Below are positions 10,781 through 22,044 of a stretch of 64,000 nucleotides of DNA, one piece after another. The first letter of the stretch is position 1. Every line of letters starts with the position of its first letter. A model generated the notes under the pieces. The model saw only the letters and a program-made list of their open reading frames with translations. It made no database searches and had not been told where the DNA came from. The stretch is from Tolypothrix carrinoi HA7290-LM1 (GTDB lineage: Bacteria > Cyanobacteriota > Cyanobacteriia > Cyanobacteriales > Nostocaceae): the NCBI GenBank assembly GCA_019358935.1, contig JAHHIK010000001.1, positions 1 to 64,000 of the forward strand, written 5' to 3'. The position numbers were made by a program, and so were the translations under genes.

Positions 10781-12076
10781 CTACTCATACTCATGCAATG
10801 CCCCTAACTTCCCAATCCCTGACCATATCGAAGCCACGGCAATTACTACCAAAATCGTCCCGATTCCCCCACCAACAACGGCAACCACCGGACCAAATAA
10901 AGCCGCAGCCAAACCAGACTCAAAACCCCCCAACTCATTCGATGCACTAATAAACACACCATTAATCGCCGCAACTCGACCGCGTAAATAGTCGGGAGTG
11001 CGAATTTGCACCAGTGTCTGGCGAATCACAACGCTAATATTATCTAGTGCGCCACTTAACGCTAGCATCAGCAGTGACAGCCAAAACCAACGCGATAAGC
11101 CAAAGATAATCGTCACCACGCCAAAGCCTATAACTGATAAAAGTAGAGCTTTTCCGGCTTTGCGTAGGGGGGGCGAATGTACCAAAATTAACGCCATAAT
11201 CAACGCACCAATTGAGGGTGCTGCTTGTAGATATCCCAGTTCTATCGGTCCTACCCGCAAAATATCTTTAGCAAAAATGGGTAGTAAGGCTGTCGCACCC
11301 CCAAACAATACGGCAAACAAATCTAAGGTAATAGCTGCGAGAATTAACTGATTCTGCCAGACAAATTTAGCACCAGCAGATAATGCTTTGATGGAAAGTG
11401 GTTCTTTGGAAAGAATTGTTTTCGGCTTTTTAATCAAAGTTACGGAAACGAAAGACAAAAAGGTAATAAAAGCTGCAATTATATATACTCCCGTTGCACT
11501 TCCTTCATATGCGTTCGCGTAGCGTGCGTTCAACGCAATCGCATATCCTCCTATAGCTGGTCCCATTACTGAGGCAAGTTGAAAGCTGCTACTATTCCAA
11601 GTGGCTGCATTCGTAAACAAACTATTAGGTATCAACTGCCACAGAAGAGAATCGCTAGCAGGCTTGTTAAATGCTCTAGCAGCACCTGTTACCAACAAAC
11701 AAGCATACACCAAGTAAATTGGTGCTTGGGTATAGGAAGCTACTGCCAACCCCAGCGAAGATAAACACGATAGCAGCACTGTTATCATCATGATGCGTTT
11801 GCGATCGCATTTATCTGCCAGATGTCCGGCAATCAATGTTAGCGCGAAAATTGGTAACACTTGTACCAAACCGACACCCCCCAAAACCATTGCTGAACCA
11901 GTGCGATCGTACAGTTCCCAACCGACTGCAATATTTCTAATTTGAAACCCTGTAAACAGCAGTACCCGTCCAATAACAAATAGTCGATAGTCACGAATTC
12001 TCAACGCTGCAAAGGCATCTTGTTTTACAGCCTCAGCTTTAAGGTGCTTTTTTAACTGACGATCGCTCGAAGACAT
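10781..12076 (-). CDS. MFS transporter (drug/H+ antiporter-like)
   Basis: About 12 hydrophobic segments; GHLADKCDRKR motif A; TPDYLRGRV. Confidence 0.9.
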   Translation of the reverse strand: MSSSDRQLKKHLKAEAVKQDAFAALRIRDYRLFVIGRVLLFTGFQIRNIAVGWELYDRTGSAMVLGGVGLVQVLPIFALTLIAGHLADKCDRKRIMMITVLLSCLSSLGLAVASYTQAPIYLVYACLLVTGAARAFNKPASDSLLWQLIPNSLFTNAATWNSSSFQLASVMGPAIGGYAIALNARYANAYEGSATGVYIIAAFITFLSFVSVTLIKKPKTILSKEPLSIKALSAGAKFVWQNQLILAAITLDLFAVLFGGATALLPIFAKDILRVGPIELGYLQAAPSIGALIMALILVHSPPLRKAGKALLLSVIGFGVVTIIFGLSRWFWLSLLMLALSGALDNISVVIRQTLVQIRTPDYLRGRVAAINGVFISASNELGGFESGLAAALFGPVVAVVGGGIGTILVVIAVASIWSGIGKLGALHEYE

Positions 12077-12503
12077 GTTTAAGTAGAGTCAACCCTTCTT
12101 CAATATGTGCAATTTCTTCTGCTGTCAGACTTTCTAGCAAGTCTGCAATGTGAGTGCGAGTTTGGGCAAGGGTTTGCTCAAGATGGTGCTTACCCTCACG
12201 AGTAAGATTGAGAACCACCCGTCGTCTTTCTTGGGGATGGTCGCTACGTTGAATAAAATTACGCTGTACTAGCCGTTCTGTAGTTGTGGATGCAGTAGCG
12301 CAAGTTACTCCTAAATGTTCCGCCAGTTCTGATAAAGACGCTCCCGGATTGCGTTTGATGAATAGCATCGACCGTAATTGCGGTATAGATAGAGACGCTA
12401 CACTATTCTCACGCATATCCGCTCGGATAAACCGCATTAATAACGGAATCGTATCCATTACTTTAACGGCACATTCTTGGGAGGGTTTACCGAGCTTCAT
12501 CAA
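12039..12503 (-). CDS. MarR family transcriptional regulator
   Basis: LSELAEHLGVT...ERLVQRNFIQR...ERRRVVLNLT. Confidence 0.92.
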   Translation of the reverse strand: MMKLGKPSQECAVKVMDTIPLLMRFIRADMRENSVASLSIPQLRSMLFIKRNPGASLSELAEHLGVTCATASTTTERLVQRNFIQRSDHPQERRRVVLNLTREGKHHLEQTLAQTRTHIADLLESLTAEEIAHIEEGLTLLKHVFERSSVKKAP

Positions 12504-12710
12504 CTGTTTTTCTCCTGATTACATTGCCACCCGTGGATAAAGTCGTCCACAGATGATAATCAAGCCCTTTTTGCGTCAATTTCGTCACCGGCAGTACATT
12601 CCTTGGTAATATATTTAGGTTATCTAATTATTAGCTTCTCATATATTCTCCGAAAGTCAAGAGCCTATTTTTTGTACAATGAGGGATAAATAAAATACCG
12701 TCTTGAAATC

Positions 12711-13442
12711 ATGCAAGAGTATTACAAAGAAGACCTGGCGTTTATTCATGATGCCGGTTTCTATGACTATGCTCTCAAGTCTGCTCCTGGCATATTGTCC
12801 ATTCTTGCTCAAAACAAGATACAATCCGGATTGGTAGTAGACTTAGGTTGTGGAAGCGGATTATCGGCGCAAGAGTTCGTTTTAGCTGACTACCAAGTCC
12901 TTGGAATTGATATCTCACAGTCGCTGATTGCGATCGCACGAACAAGAGTGCCAAGTGCAGAGTTTCACGTTTGCTCATTGTTCAAGGCTGATATTCCGCA
13001 GTGCAATGCGGTTACGTCAATCGGTGAATGTCTTAACTATCTGTTCGATCCAGATAGCTTACGCTCTTCGCTAATTCATCTCTTCCATCGCATATATAGT
13101 GCCTTGACTCCTGGAGGTGTATTCATCTTCGACATTGCAGAACCAGGACAGGTCACACAAGAACAGAATCGCGGATTTACTGAAGGAAAAGATTGGCTGG
13201 TACTCGTCGAGAAGCAGGAAAATCGAGAGCAAGAAAGGTTAACCCGTCGGATTATCAGCTTTAGAAAGGTGGGAGAACACTACAGACGGGATGACGAAGT
13301 ACACCACCTGCGGTTATACAAAGCGACAGATATTGCCAGAGAACTTGGTCAAGTCGGCTTTCAAGTTCAGACGATGCGTAGTTATGGTCAATATTCTCTG
13401 CCAAAAGCTCATGCAGCATTCATTGCACGCAAACCAGAATAA
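12711..13442 (+). CDS. Class I SAM-dependent methyltransferase
   Basis: VVDLGCGSG motif I; LTPGGVFIFD. Confidence 0.9.
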   Translation: MQEYYKEDLAFIHDAGFYDYALKSAPGILSILAQNKIQSGLVVDLGCGSGLSAQEFVLADYQVLGIDISQSLIAIARTRVPSAEFHVCSLFKADIPQCNAVTSIGECLNYLFDPDSLRSSLIHLFHRIYSALTPGGVFIFDIAEPGQVTQEQNRGFTEGKDWLVLVEKQENREQERLTRRIISFRKVGEHYRRDDEVHHLRLYKATDIARELGQVGFQVQTMRSYGQYSLPKAHAAFIARKPE

Positions 13443-13612
13443 TGCCTCCCCATTGCGGTCAAATCGATTCACATCCCGAATCCACTCATCAGCTAAACGC
13501 GATTTGAGCCGGGAAATCTGTGTTTATGCTTTCGGCGATCGTATCGGCAAAATAGTCTGATGAGAAGTTGTGAAGCTTTCAGATTGATATATCGAAAGTC
13601 AATAGCGTTAAG

Positions 13613-13733
13613 AAGGGTGTGGGGTTGCATGGTTAGGGTGTAGTTCGATTGAGTTATTTAAAATGATTTGATTAGTTTTTAAAATATTTCTTCCCTTCCC
13701 TTCCCTACACCCCACACCCTAAACCTGCAACCC
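13613..13733. repeat. Inverted pair of GGGTGT(A/G)G-type heptamer repeats (MITE/STRR-like)
   Basis: aagggtgtggggttgca...gggtgtag faces ctacaccccacaccctaaacctgcaaccct; a similar pair lies at ~28134-28318. Confidence 0.55.
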
Positions 13734-14052
13734 TAGTTTGGTCATATCAATTCTTTTCAATGTCAAAACGGATAGTTAAGTTATTCATCAATTTTATTTA
13801 TCGTTTTAAAAATAAATAATATTTGCTGTTATTAAGTAAAAACGAATAATATTGATTTCAAATAAAGCCAAGGTATTTTGCAGCAAAAAATCACTTCTTT
13901 CATTGAAGCGCGATCGCCTCCCATATTTCTGAACGGGATTTATCTGCTGATACTAGGCAAAACAAGCAAAACAATCTCAATCATGTGCCCTCACCTGAAA
14001 AAACGGGGAGGGACTAGGACGAACACACATTAAATCATTAAGAGCAACAAAT

Positions 14053-14724
14053 ATGAGTTGGTTAATTGGTACTTTACTTATCGGGATTTCTGCTGCTTTT
14101 GCGACTACCTTTGATGATAATTTATATTTGACGGCTTTCTTTGGTAAAGTGAATCGTTCGTTTCGTCCCAAGCATGTTATTGTCGGTGAATTTGTGGGAT
14201 TTACTGCCTTAGTATTTGCTAGTCTCCCTGGTTTCTTAGGTGGTTTAGTTCTTCCAGAAGCGTGGATTGGATTGCTAGGTTTGCTTCCAGTGGCAATTGG
14301 TATCAGTCATCTCATGAGTCGAGAAACTGAGGGAGAAGTAGTGCAAGATGTGTCACTTAACTTAAATGCTGACAAACCTCAGCGTCAGAAAAAATCGCTA
14401 TTTGCAATTTTACGCGATCGCCAAACTTACCGCGTCTCTGCTGTCACCATTGCCAATGGGGGAAACAATATTGGAATCTATGTGCCATTATTTGCCAGTA
14501 GTAATCTTCCCAGTTTAAGCGTAATTTTATGTGTTTGCTATTTTACGGTTGGATTGTGGTGTTTTATGTCTTACCACATGACTCGTAATCCTCTCATGGC
14601 TCCGGTTCTAACCCGCTATGGTCGTAAAATCTTTCCCTTCGTATTAATCTGGTTGGGACTCTCTATCTTGATGAAAAGTGGAACCTTTCAACTTATACCT
14701 AGTTTTTCAACGCTTTATAATTAA
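14053..14724 (+). CDS. Cadmium resistance transporter (CadD family)
   Basis: FATTFDDNLYL and VTIANGGNNIGIYVPLFA motifs. Confidence 0.88.
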   Translation: MSWLIGTLLIGISAAFATTFDDNLYLTAFFGKVNRSFRPKHVIVGEFVGFTALVFASLPGFLGGLVLPEAWIGLLGLLPVAIGISHLMSRETEGEVVQDVSLNLNADKPQRQKKSLFAILRDRQTYRVSAVTIANGGNNIGIYVPLFASSNLPSLSVILCVCYFTVGLWCFMSYHMTRNPLMAPVLTRYGRKIFPFVLIWLGLSILMKSGTFQLIPSFSTLYN

Positions 14725-15273
14725 GCACGCTTGAGCGATACTCCTTCATAAGTCGCACTCTCTAAAACTTCTATTTAAGCAACTATAAAGAGCAAGTATC
14801 TGTGCCTGTTCCCTCACTCACGCATAGCGCTATTGTTGACCATAAATAATCTATTAGTCCGTTACACCAACAATGCTTGGCTTACCAATTTTGGTGAATC
14901 TTTCTCTCTTTCTCTTTCTCTGCGTCGCGCCAAACGATGACCATTCGTAAGGCTAACTCGTTTTATTAACAATTTAGGAATGAGCGCAAAAAAACGGCGT
15001 AGTCTTTAATTTACGAGTGCGATAATTCATCAATTATCGCTACAGAAGATATGTTTTGCGCTCATTCCTGCAATTGTTGAGAAAAGTAGCAAGCTGGGGA
15101 TTCACAAACAATAGACACTCATTGACAGCCTTCTCCTTCAAAGACGCGAAGCGCGAACATCCGAAAATGTCGTGGGGTATCGAGGATCTAGTAAACAAGG
15201 CTGTCCATTTTTGTCCACGTTCATTCCAAGGGAGGAATAACCCATCTGCTACTTGCAACCGGGAGAAGAAACA

Positions 15274-15846
15274 TTACGGGCGATCGCCTGCGTGAGCTAC
15301 TTCTTTTGTGACAGGAGAAATATCGATCGCTTTTACCAAATCCTGCACAACCTCCTGTAACCTCTGCTCAATTTCTGCATCTAGCTGGATACTCCCATCA
15401 GGTTGTATTTGAATTTGCTTATCTACAGTGTAAATAGTGCTAAGTATGTGCCTAGCTCCTAATTCTGACAGCACAGGTTTCAAAGCATATTCTATAGACA
15501 ATAAATGAGCGATTGTCCCACCTGTGGCAAGTGGGAGTATGACTTTTCCTGCTAAGGCTTTCTGCGGTAACAAATCCAAAAAGGCTTTTAGAACACCTGT
15601 GTATGCAGCTTTGTAAATTGGTGTCGCAATAATCACACCCGAAGCTTTTTCTAATAAAGCTTTCGGTTTTTCCAAGGCAGGACTATTGTAACGCCCAAAT
15701 ACTAAATCTTCAGCAGGGATATCACGCGCCAAAATGATATCTACCGTGAAACCTTGTTGTGAGAGGATTTTGCTAGCGTACTCTACTAAGCTATAGCTTC
15801 GGGAAGGATGGGAAGGACTGCCTGCAATTCCTAAAATATGAGCCAT
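15274..15846 (-). CDS. ssuE: NADPH-dependent FMN reductase
   Basis: IAGSPSHPSRS, ATPIYKAAYTGVLKAFLDLLPQ and GGTIAHLL motifs. Confidence 0.9.
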   Translation of the reverse strand: MAHILGIAGSPSHPSRSYSLVEYASKILSQQGFTVDIILARDIPAEDLVFGRYNSPALEKPKALLEKASGVIIATPIYKAAYTGVLKAFLDLLPQKALAGKVILPLATGGTIAHLLSIEYALKPVLSELGARHILSTIYTVDKQIQIQPDGSIQLDAEIEQRLQEVVQDLVKAIDISPVTKEVAHAGDRP

Positions 15847-15875
15847 TTTGTCAAATCCTAGTAATAATTTCTCAG

Positions 15876-16115
15876 TTAATCTACGGTAGCTGCGGTTTTT
15901 TGTTTTACTTGTTGTTCGCTTAATTCCCGATTGGCAACTATCTCGCCAAACGGACTAGTCAGCTATAATTCTACAACAGGTATATTTTCCAACGGTAAAC
16001 GCCCAAAGAGTAATTCGGCGATGCGGTAGGCTTCTTCTAGATGCGGATAGCCAGAAAAGATGAAAGTCTCAATTCCCAAGTCTGCATATTGTAACATTCT
16101 TTGGGCAACGCCAGT
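15876..16115 (-). pseudogene. ssuD: 3' remnant of alkanesulfonate monooxygenase
   Basis: Manual translation gives [28 protein letters not shown] with an internal stop; directly upstream of ssuE. Confidence 0.75.
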
Positions 16116-16138
16116 CGATGTATAACTTTTGCGAACTA

Positions 16139-16555
16139 CTACTCTTGCAAGTCTTCAATTTCCAAGGCGACAGATAGATTTCTGTATGCCTTTACTTCAA
16201 TTGCATTTCCGCTCGGGTCGCTTAATAGCATCTTCGCTTGCTCTGCGTCGGTACCCACACCAGAAACATTTGGCTTTACTTTGAACTGAACCCTCATTTC
16301 ATCAAGACGATTTGCAAGAGCCTCCCAATCATGCCACGCCAAAACCGCGCCGAAGTGACGCACCCCATGTTCTCTCATCGGTAAAACCTCAGAAGGTCGT
16401 TCGTGCAAAGTAATCTGAGCTTCAAAGAGAAATATGTCGAGCCACTTGTCACGGACACGACCGACTTTTGCACCAAAGGTGGTAACATAAAAGTTTTTGG
16501 ACTCTTCGAGGTCTCGGACGCTTAAGGCAAGATGAAAGATTGGGCGAAACATCAT
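16139..16555 (-). CDS. VOC/glyoxalase family protein
   Basis: [23 protein letters not shown] and [10 protein letters not shown] motifs. Confidence 0.88.
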   Translation of the reverse strand: MMFRPIFHLALSVRDLEESKNFYVTTFGAKVGRVRDKWLDIFLFEAQITLHERPSEVLPMREHGVRHFGAVLAWHDWEALANRLDEMRVQFKVKPNVSGVGTDAEQAKMLLSDPSGNAIEVKAYRNLSVALEIEDLQE

Positions 16556-17142
16556 GAGAGTTCTTTTTGATCGAAGGGCTTGAGGACTTCTAATAAACTA
16601 CCACGCCGAGATAGCGGCTTGCATGGCAATGCTGCTTGCGATCGCATCTTCTACAAAGTCAAAACCACGAATTAACAAAGTTGTCACCCCAACTTCATAG
16701 TAATCAAGCTCCTGCCACCACAGACGTTGTGTAGCGATTGTACTAAGATGAAAATGCCTTGCTGAATGCTCTGCGTGAGGGTTGGATAGAGAAGTGCATT
16801 TAGACACATTTTAAACCAAACCACTACCGACAGAAAGTCCCTTTTGGTCTTTGCCTAATGCATTTATAACACCTCATTGTTCAGCACTTACACCACAACT
16901 TCGCAGCCGGATTGTGAAGTTATTCCTCGACAATTTGACAAGTTATCAAAGAGGAGAAAAACTACGCAATATTGTGGACAAAAATGTAGGTTACTAATGC
17001 AAGAAGATTGTTTCGCACTGTTCTGGTCATTCTCCCAAATCTATCGTCAGCGATCGCTTGCACTTTTTCTCGATAATTTAACACGCTACCACCACGGAAA
17101 AAATATGCGAAATGTCGTGGATAAAAATACTGGTTACTAATA

Positions 17143-17923
17143 ATGACTATCTACAATTCCATTGGCAAAGTCTACTCGATCTTCGCGTCTTCCCGATCTG
17201 AGGATTGTAAATTCTCTAATTGATTTACTCAACCTACCAAAGAAAAGTATTATTGCTGATATTGGTGCTGGTACTGGAGGTTATAGTCGAGCGATTGCCG
17301 AACGTGGATATTCAGTTTACGCTGTCGAACCTTCATCGGTAATGCGTTCTCAATCTGTCGAACATGCACAGGTAAAATATTTTGCTGGTTATGCAGAAGA
17401 TATTCCTTTAGCAAATGCATCTGTCGATGGAGTGATTTGTACTTTAGCAATGCATCATTTCTCTAACTTACACAAGGCAATTAGAGAAATGCATCGAATT
17501 ACCAAAAAAGGAGCATTAGTTTTTCTGACATTTGACCCTCGACTTTGTGAAAAGCTTTGGATAGCTGACTATTTTCCTTTATATCGTGACTATGATTTTC
17601 GTGTTTTTCCACCGATAAATGATGTTGTTGAACTAATTCAAAATCATACTCAAAGAAGCGTTGAAATTTATCCTTTGAAACTTCCCCATGACTTAACAGA
17701 TATGTTTGCTGCATCTGGATGGAGACGACCAGAAATATATCTCAATCCAGAAGTTCGTGCGAATATATCAGCTTTGGCTTTAGCTAGTGCAGATGAAGTT
17801 GAAAAGGGAGTTATCAGACTTAAAGAAGATTTGGAAACTGGAAAATGGAATGCGAAATATGGAGAAATCAGAAATTTATCAGAAATTGATGTCGGTTATC
17901 GCTTTTTGTGTGCGAGAATCTGA
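17143..17923 (+). CDS. Class I SAM-dependent methyltransferase, probable frameshift near the start
   Basis: ADIGAGTG motif. The natural-looking start MTIYNSIGK at 17143 is out of frame with ORF 17162-17923. Confidence 0.8.
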
Positions 17924-18531
17924 TGAAGTGTGAAGCGTTTTGTCATCATAGTAGGTTTTGCGATGACCTGCTATGGAGAAATTGTTTCAGGTGGGGTTGG
18001 TCTAAATTTAAACCAAGTTCTTGCGCTTTGAGTTTGATTTCCTCTGGTGTCAGTTTTTGTTGGCTAGCTGTGGCAATTAAAGCGATATTGTGGCTTAATT
18101 GTTGATAATTTAACAACTAAAATACGTTGATTGTTTAATAACTTTTCCCCAAACAAAACACCACTAATACTATGATTTTCTAGGTGTTTGTATTTAGTTA
18201 AATCTAACTATATTCAAATGTATAGGATTTTCATGGGTATTGAAAATGATTACACCAATTGATTTTCAGCAAGTCTTTATTACTAATCTCGCACCGATTC
18301 ATAAACTTAGTTTTAGAAGTTTATACAAATTAAATAACCTCAAAATTATCACTGCGAACAGAAACTTTTCGCCAAGCTAATAACCTTAATAATGGCGAAC
18401 AAGTCAATTTATGGACTCCGAACAGAAACCCCCACATCAAGAAACAATTCCCGAACTCGTGGCACGTCTGGTAATTGCCTTTGAGAAAAAGCAGGCAGCT
18501 AAAAAAGAAAGCAAGCAATCAAAATATTTGC

Positions 18532-20091
18532 TTAAGTCTGATGCCGATACTTGATATTTGATACCCTCATACCATCTACCTTAATTTCTCGCACGCACTC
18601 CGAGAGTAACCGTTTCTTATCGGTGTATGAGTCAATCGAATCCCAAAACTCAGGGTTTGCAAATGCTTTAATAATGCGATCGCGTGAAATTGTCCATTCA
18701 GTCTGAATGTTAGCCAAGCTAGCTATTTTCAGCAAGATGTCTTCTTTGATTTGAGCGATCGCTTTCTCAATACTGATATTTTTACCGGGTATCCGCTCCA
18801 ATTGGGCTAGTTGTTGCTTAAGAGTAATTAACTCTAATGGTTCTTCCACTTTAACGACACCAATACCAATTATACTTAGGCGTTCTGCTTCCACAGTAAG
18901 CATCTTGATAACCTGCTTTTCCAGTTCGACGCTGGAAATCATGGTTTTATTAGCACAAGTACCATTATTACGGTAGTACAAACACTGAAAATAACTGATA
19001 TTCTTTTGAGATTTTTTTAAATATTGAGTACCATTGATAGTCATTTTTGAACCGCAATGAGCGCAATAAACTAGTCCAGAAAATATCTTGCTCTCTGCCG
19101 TATCATCGGTTGCCCAGCGATTGTGTTTATTTTTAGCTAAAATACTTAGTATCTTGTCACGTTGCTCAATACTAATTATTCCTTCATGGGTTCCCCAATG
19201 AATATTTAGCTCATGACGCGGTTTACTGTACTTTTTACCAGGTGCGGTCTTGTCAATCACCGTACCCCCAGCAATTACCGGATTTGTTAACCAAGCTGAC
19301 AAGCCAGAACTACTCAAAAATAATCCATTGGATGTGGCACTACCAGTCTTTGACCATAACCTGCTATTAATATCGTCCTCTTCGTTAACTATATTTACTC
19401 GGTCTGGTTGAGCATTTCTTGGTTGAATTCTCCACACCCCAAACAAACCATTCATCTTTTTGGTAGCCGAACGAATAGAGCCACATTCAAAAAACGCCTC
19501 AACCCTCATCTTTGCTACATCAACCGCAGTTAATTCCCTCAAATCATCCAACAAACAAACTAGAGGAGTTGTATCAAATTCGTAATGGTCGTAGTTGTCA
19601 CCACCAACTTTAAAGCCAAATGGCGGTCTGTAGCTGGGTTTTTTGTTCTTCTTTCTTGTCTCCAAATCTTTACGCACTCGCAACGATAACATTTTTACTT
19701 CGTGCTTGGCAATTAAAACCCGCACATCTGCTGAAAACTCTCCTCCCACCGAATCTAAATCAATCGCATCATCTAAAGCTTCAAGTTTAATTTTCTTTGC
19801 CTTGCAAACTTCGACTAGCTGATAAAATAGCACAATAGAAGCGGATATGCGATCGAGCCGAGTAAATATTAATGTCTGTATTTGTCCTGGGTTACTGGAT
19901 TCAATGTATTTTATTAACTGATTTATTCCTTTGCGCTTATCATTGGTACGCTTGCCAACGTCGTAAAAAATCTTGTTTGCCCCAACAGCGCGTAAACGCA
20001 TCAACTGTTTTTCTAGTGCGCGGTTATCAATAGCCTGCTCTTCACTACTAACCCTACCGTATCCCAATTTCATAAGTTCCCAGAAAATCAT
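18532..20091 (-). CDS. Large serine recombinase (XisF-like excisase); start may be 20073
   Basis: GYGRVSS catalytic Ser motif, TRLDR, zinc ribbon FSGLVYCAHCG...C...C and coiled coil; abuts the nifH 3' fragment. Confidence 0.92.
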   Translation of the reverse strand: MIFWELMKLGYGRVSSEEQAIDNRALEKQLMRLRAVGANKIFYDVGKRTNDKRKGINQLIKYIESSNPGQIQTLIFTRLDRISASIVLFYQLVEVCKAKKIKLEALDDAIDLDSVGGEFSADVRVLIAKHEVKMLSLRVRKDLETRKKNKKPSYRPPFGFKVGGDNYDHYEFDTTPLVCLLDDLRELTAVDVAKMRVEAFFECGSIRSATKKMNGLFGVWRIQPRNAQPDRVNIVNEEDDINSRLWSKTGSATSNGLFLSSSGLSAWLTNPVIAGGTVIDKTAPGKKYSKPRHELNIHWGTHEGIISIEQRDKILSILAKNKHNRWATDDTAESKIFSGLVYCAHCGSKMTINGTQYLKKSQKNISYFQCLYYRNNGTCANKTMISSVELEKQVIKMLTVEAERLSIIGIGVVKVEEPLELITLKQQLAQLERIPGKNISIEKAIAQIKEDILLKIASLANIQTEWTISRDRIIKAFANPEFWDSIDSYTDKKRLLSECVREIKVDGMRVSNIKYRHQT

Positions 20092-20112
20092 CCTGTTGTG
20101 ATTAAGAGTAGC

Positions 20113-20238
20113 ACCATTCCTACTCCAATTGAAATGGACGAACTAGAAGCATTGTTGATCGAATTCGGTATTCTCGAAAGCGACGAAGAAGCAGAAAAGC
20201 TGATTGCCGCAGAAAACGCTGCTAAAGCAACTGCATAA
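20113..20238 (+). CDS. nifH: Nitrogenase iron protein, 3' fragment (41 codons)
   Basis: Manual translation TIPTPIEMDELEALLIEFGILESDEEAEKL...ATA* matches the NifH C-terminus; lies directly upstream of nifD. Confidence 0.93.
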   Translation, partial: TIPTPIEMDELEALLIEFGILESDEEAEKLIAAENAAKATA

Positions 20239-20361
20239 TTACCCAGCAAAAGGAAAAAGGAAAGAATCTCATCTCTGACCTTTTCCCTTTCGTTTCCCCC
20301 AACCCCAGAGGGGACGACAAGTCCCCTATTACCAGATCCTAAAGAGCAACTGAGGCAGAAT

Positions 20362-21727
20362 ATGACACCTCCAGAAAACAACAACAACATCGTCGAAGAA
20401 AGAAAAGAACTAATTAAAGAAGTTCTCGATGCTTACCCCGACAAAGCCAAGAAAAAACGGGAAAAGCACTTAAACGTATTTGAAGAAGGCAAAGCTGACT
20501 GCGGCGTTAAGTCTAACATCAAATCTCTTCCTGGTGTAATGACCGCTCGTGGTTGTGCTTATGCAGGTTCTAAGGGTGTGGTCTGGGGTCCAATCAAAGA
20601 CATGATCCACATCAGCCACGGTCCTGTGGGTTGTGGTTACTGGTCTTGGTCTGGTCGTCGTAACTACTATATCGGCACCACTGGTGTAGACACCTTTGGT
20701 ACGATGCACTTCACCTCCGACTTCCAAGAAAGAGATATCGTTTTCGGTGGTGACAAAAAACTCGTCAAGCTAATCCAAGAACTTGACGAACTCTTCCCCC
20801 TCAACCGTGGTGTTTCCATTCAATCTGAATGTCCCATCGGTCTAATTGGGGATGACATCGAAGCAGTAGCTCGGAAAACATCAAAAGAGATTGACAAGCC
20901 TGTAGTTCCTGTACGTTGCGAAGGCTTCCGGGGTGTTTCTCAGTCTTTGGGACACCACATCGCTAACGACATGGTTCGTGACTGGGTGTTCACCAGATCC
21001 GACAAAGAAAGAAAAGAAGGCAAACAGCAGTTTGAGGGTACTCCCTACGATGTAGCCATTATTGGTGACTATAACATCGGTGGTGATGCTTGGGCTAGCC
21101 GCATCCTTCTAGAAGAAATCGGCTTGCGCGTAGTTGCTCAGTGGTCGGGTGATGGCACCATCAATGAAATGATGATGACACCGAACGTGAAGATGAATTT
21201 GATTCACTGCTACCGTTCGATGAACTACATCAGCCGTCACATGGAAGAAGCTTACGGTATTCCCTGGTTGGAATACAACTTCTTTGGTCCTACCAAGATT
21301 GCTGAATCCTTACGGGAAATCGCTTCTAAATTTGACGAGACAATCCAAGCAAACGCTGAGAAGGTAATTGCTAAATATCAGCCTACAATGGATGCGATTT
21401 TAGCAAAATATCGCCCACGTTTGGAAGGCAAGACTGTCGCCATGATGGTTGGTGGTCTGCGTCCCCGTCACGTTGTACCCGCATTCCAAGATTTGGGTAT
21501 GAGAATGATTGGTACAGGTTATGAGTTTGCTCACAACGACGATTACAAACGTACCACTCACTACATCGAAAACGGCACCATCGTTTATGACGACGTTACC
21601 GCTTATGAGTTTGAAGAGTTTGTGAAAGCACTCAAACCCGACCTCATCGCTTCTGGTGTGAAAGAGAAGTACGTTTTCCAAAAGATGGGTCTTCCTTTCC
21701 GTCAAATGCACTCTTGGGATTACTCCG
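20362..21727 (+). CDS. nifD: Nitrogenase MoFe protein alpha chain, 5' part
   Basis: RGCAYAG, HGPVGC, HCYRS and [10 protein letters not shown] motifs; similarity ends at GGATTACTCCG. Confidence 0.98.
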
Positions 21728-22044
21728 AGCTTGGCGATGCCTTCGGCAATGCTACGCAAACGCTCCTACAATTGGTGGTAAAGCAAGCTTTTGATTGCGA
21801 TGGAATAAAAAAGAGTCGATTTCTAGCCTAAATGTAAGTTGTACGCTCTCCTATAAAAATATCTCTTTGTAAGTTATAAGCATAGAAGTCTTATTCTGTC
21901 CAGTTTTTTCGATGAAATTAAATCTGCGTTGGCGAGAAACTGTAAATTAAAAAACTTTTTTTAATGATGTTTTATTAGACTAAATATATATATAGCGTGG
22001 GAGTGCGATCGCCTTCTACATTGCCCCAAGACAAATCTATAAAA

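Larger units (their letters stand above)
1..20115. mobile_element. Putative nifH-interrupting excision element, right part only (left end outside window)
   Basis: The nifH 3' fragment starts abruptly at ~20113 beside a divergent serine recombinase. No nifH 5' part is seen in 1-20100. There is a dyad GAGTAG-N8-CTACTC at the junction. Confidence 0.75.

Noticed and set aside
16598..16807. Intact flavin-dependent monooxygenase gene
   Set aside because: Only a short DYYEVGVTTLLIRGFD-like remnant is visible, too little to call a gene.
20088..20390. 100-aa minus-strand ORF
   Set aside because: Antisense shadow of the nifH 3' fragment and the nifH-nifD spacer.
20362..21831. Complete 489-aa NifD as given by the ORF track
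   Set aside because: Residues after WDYS are read-through into the element; the true C-terminus is at 36602-36741.
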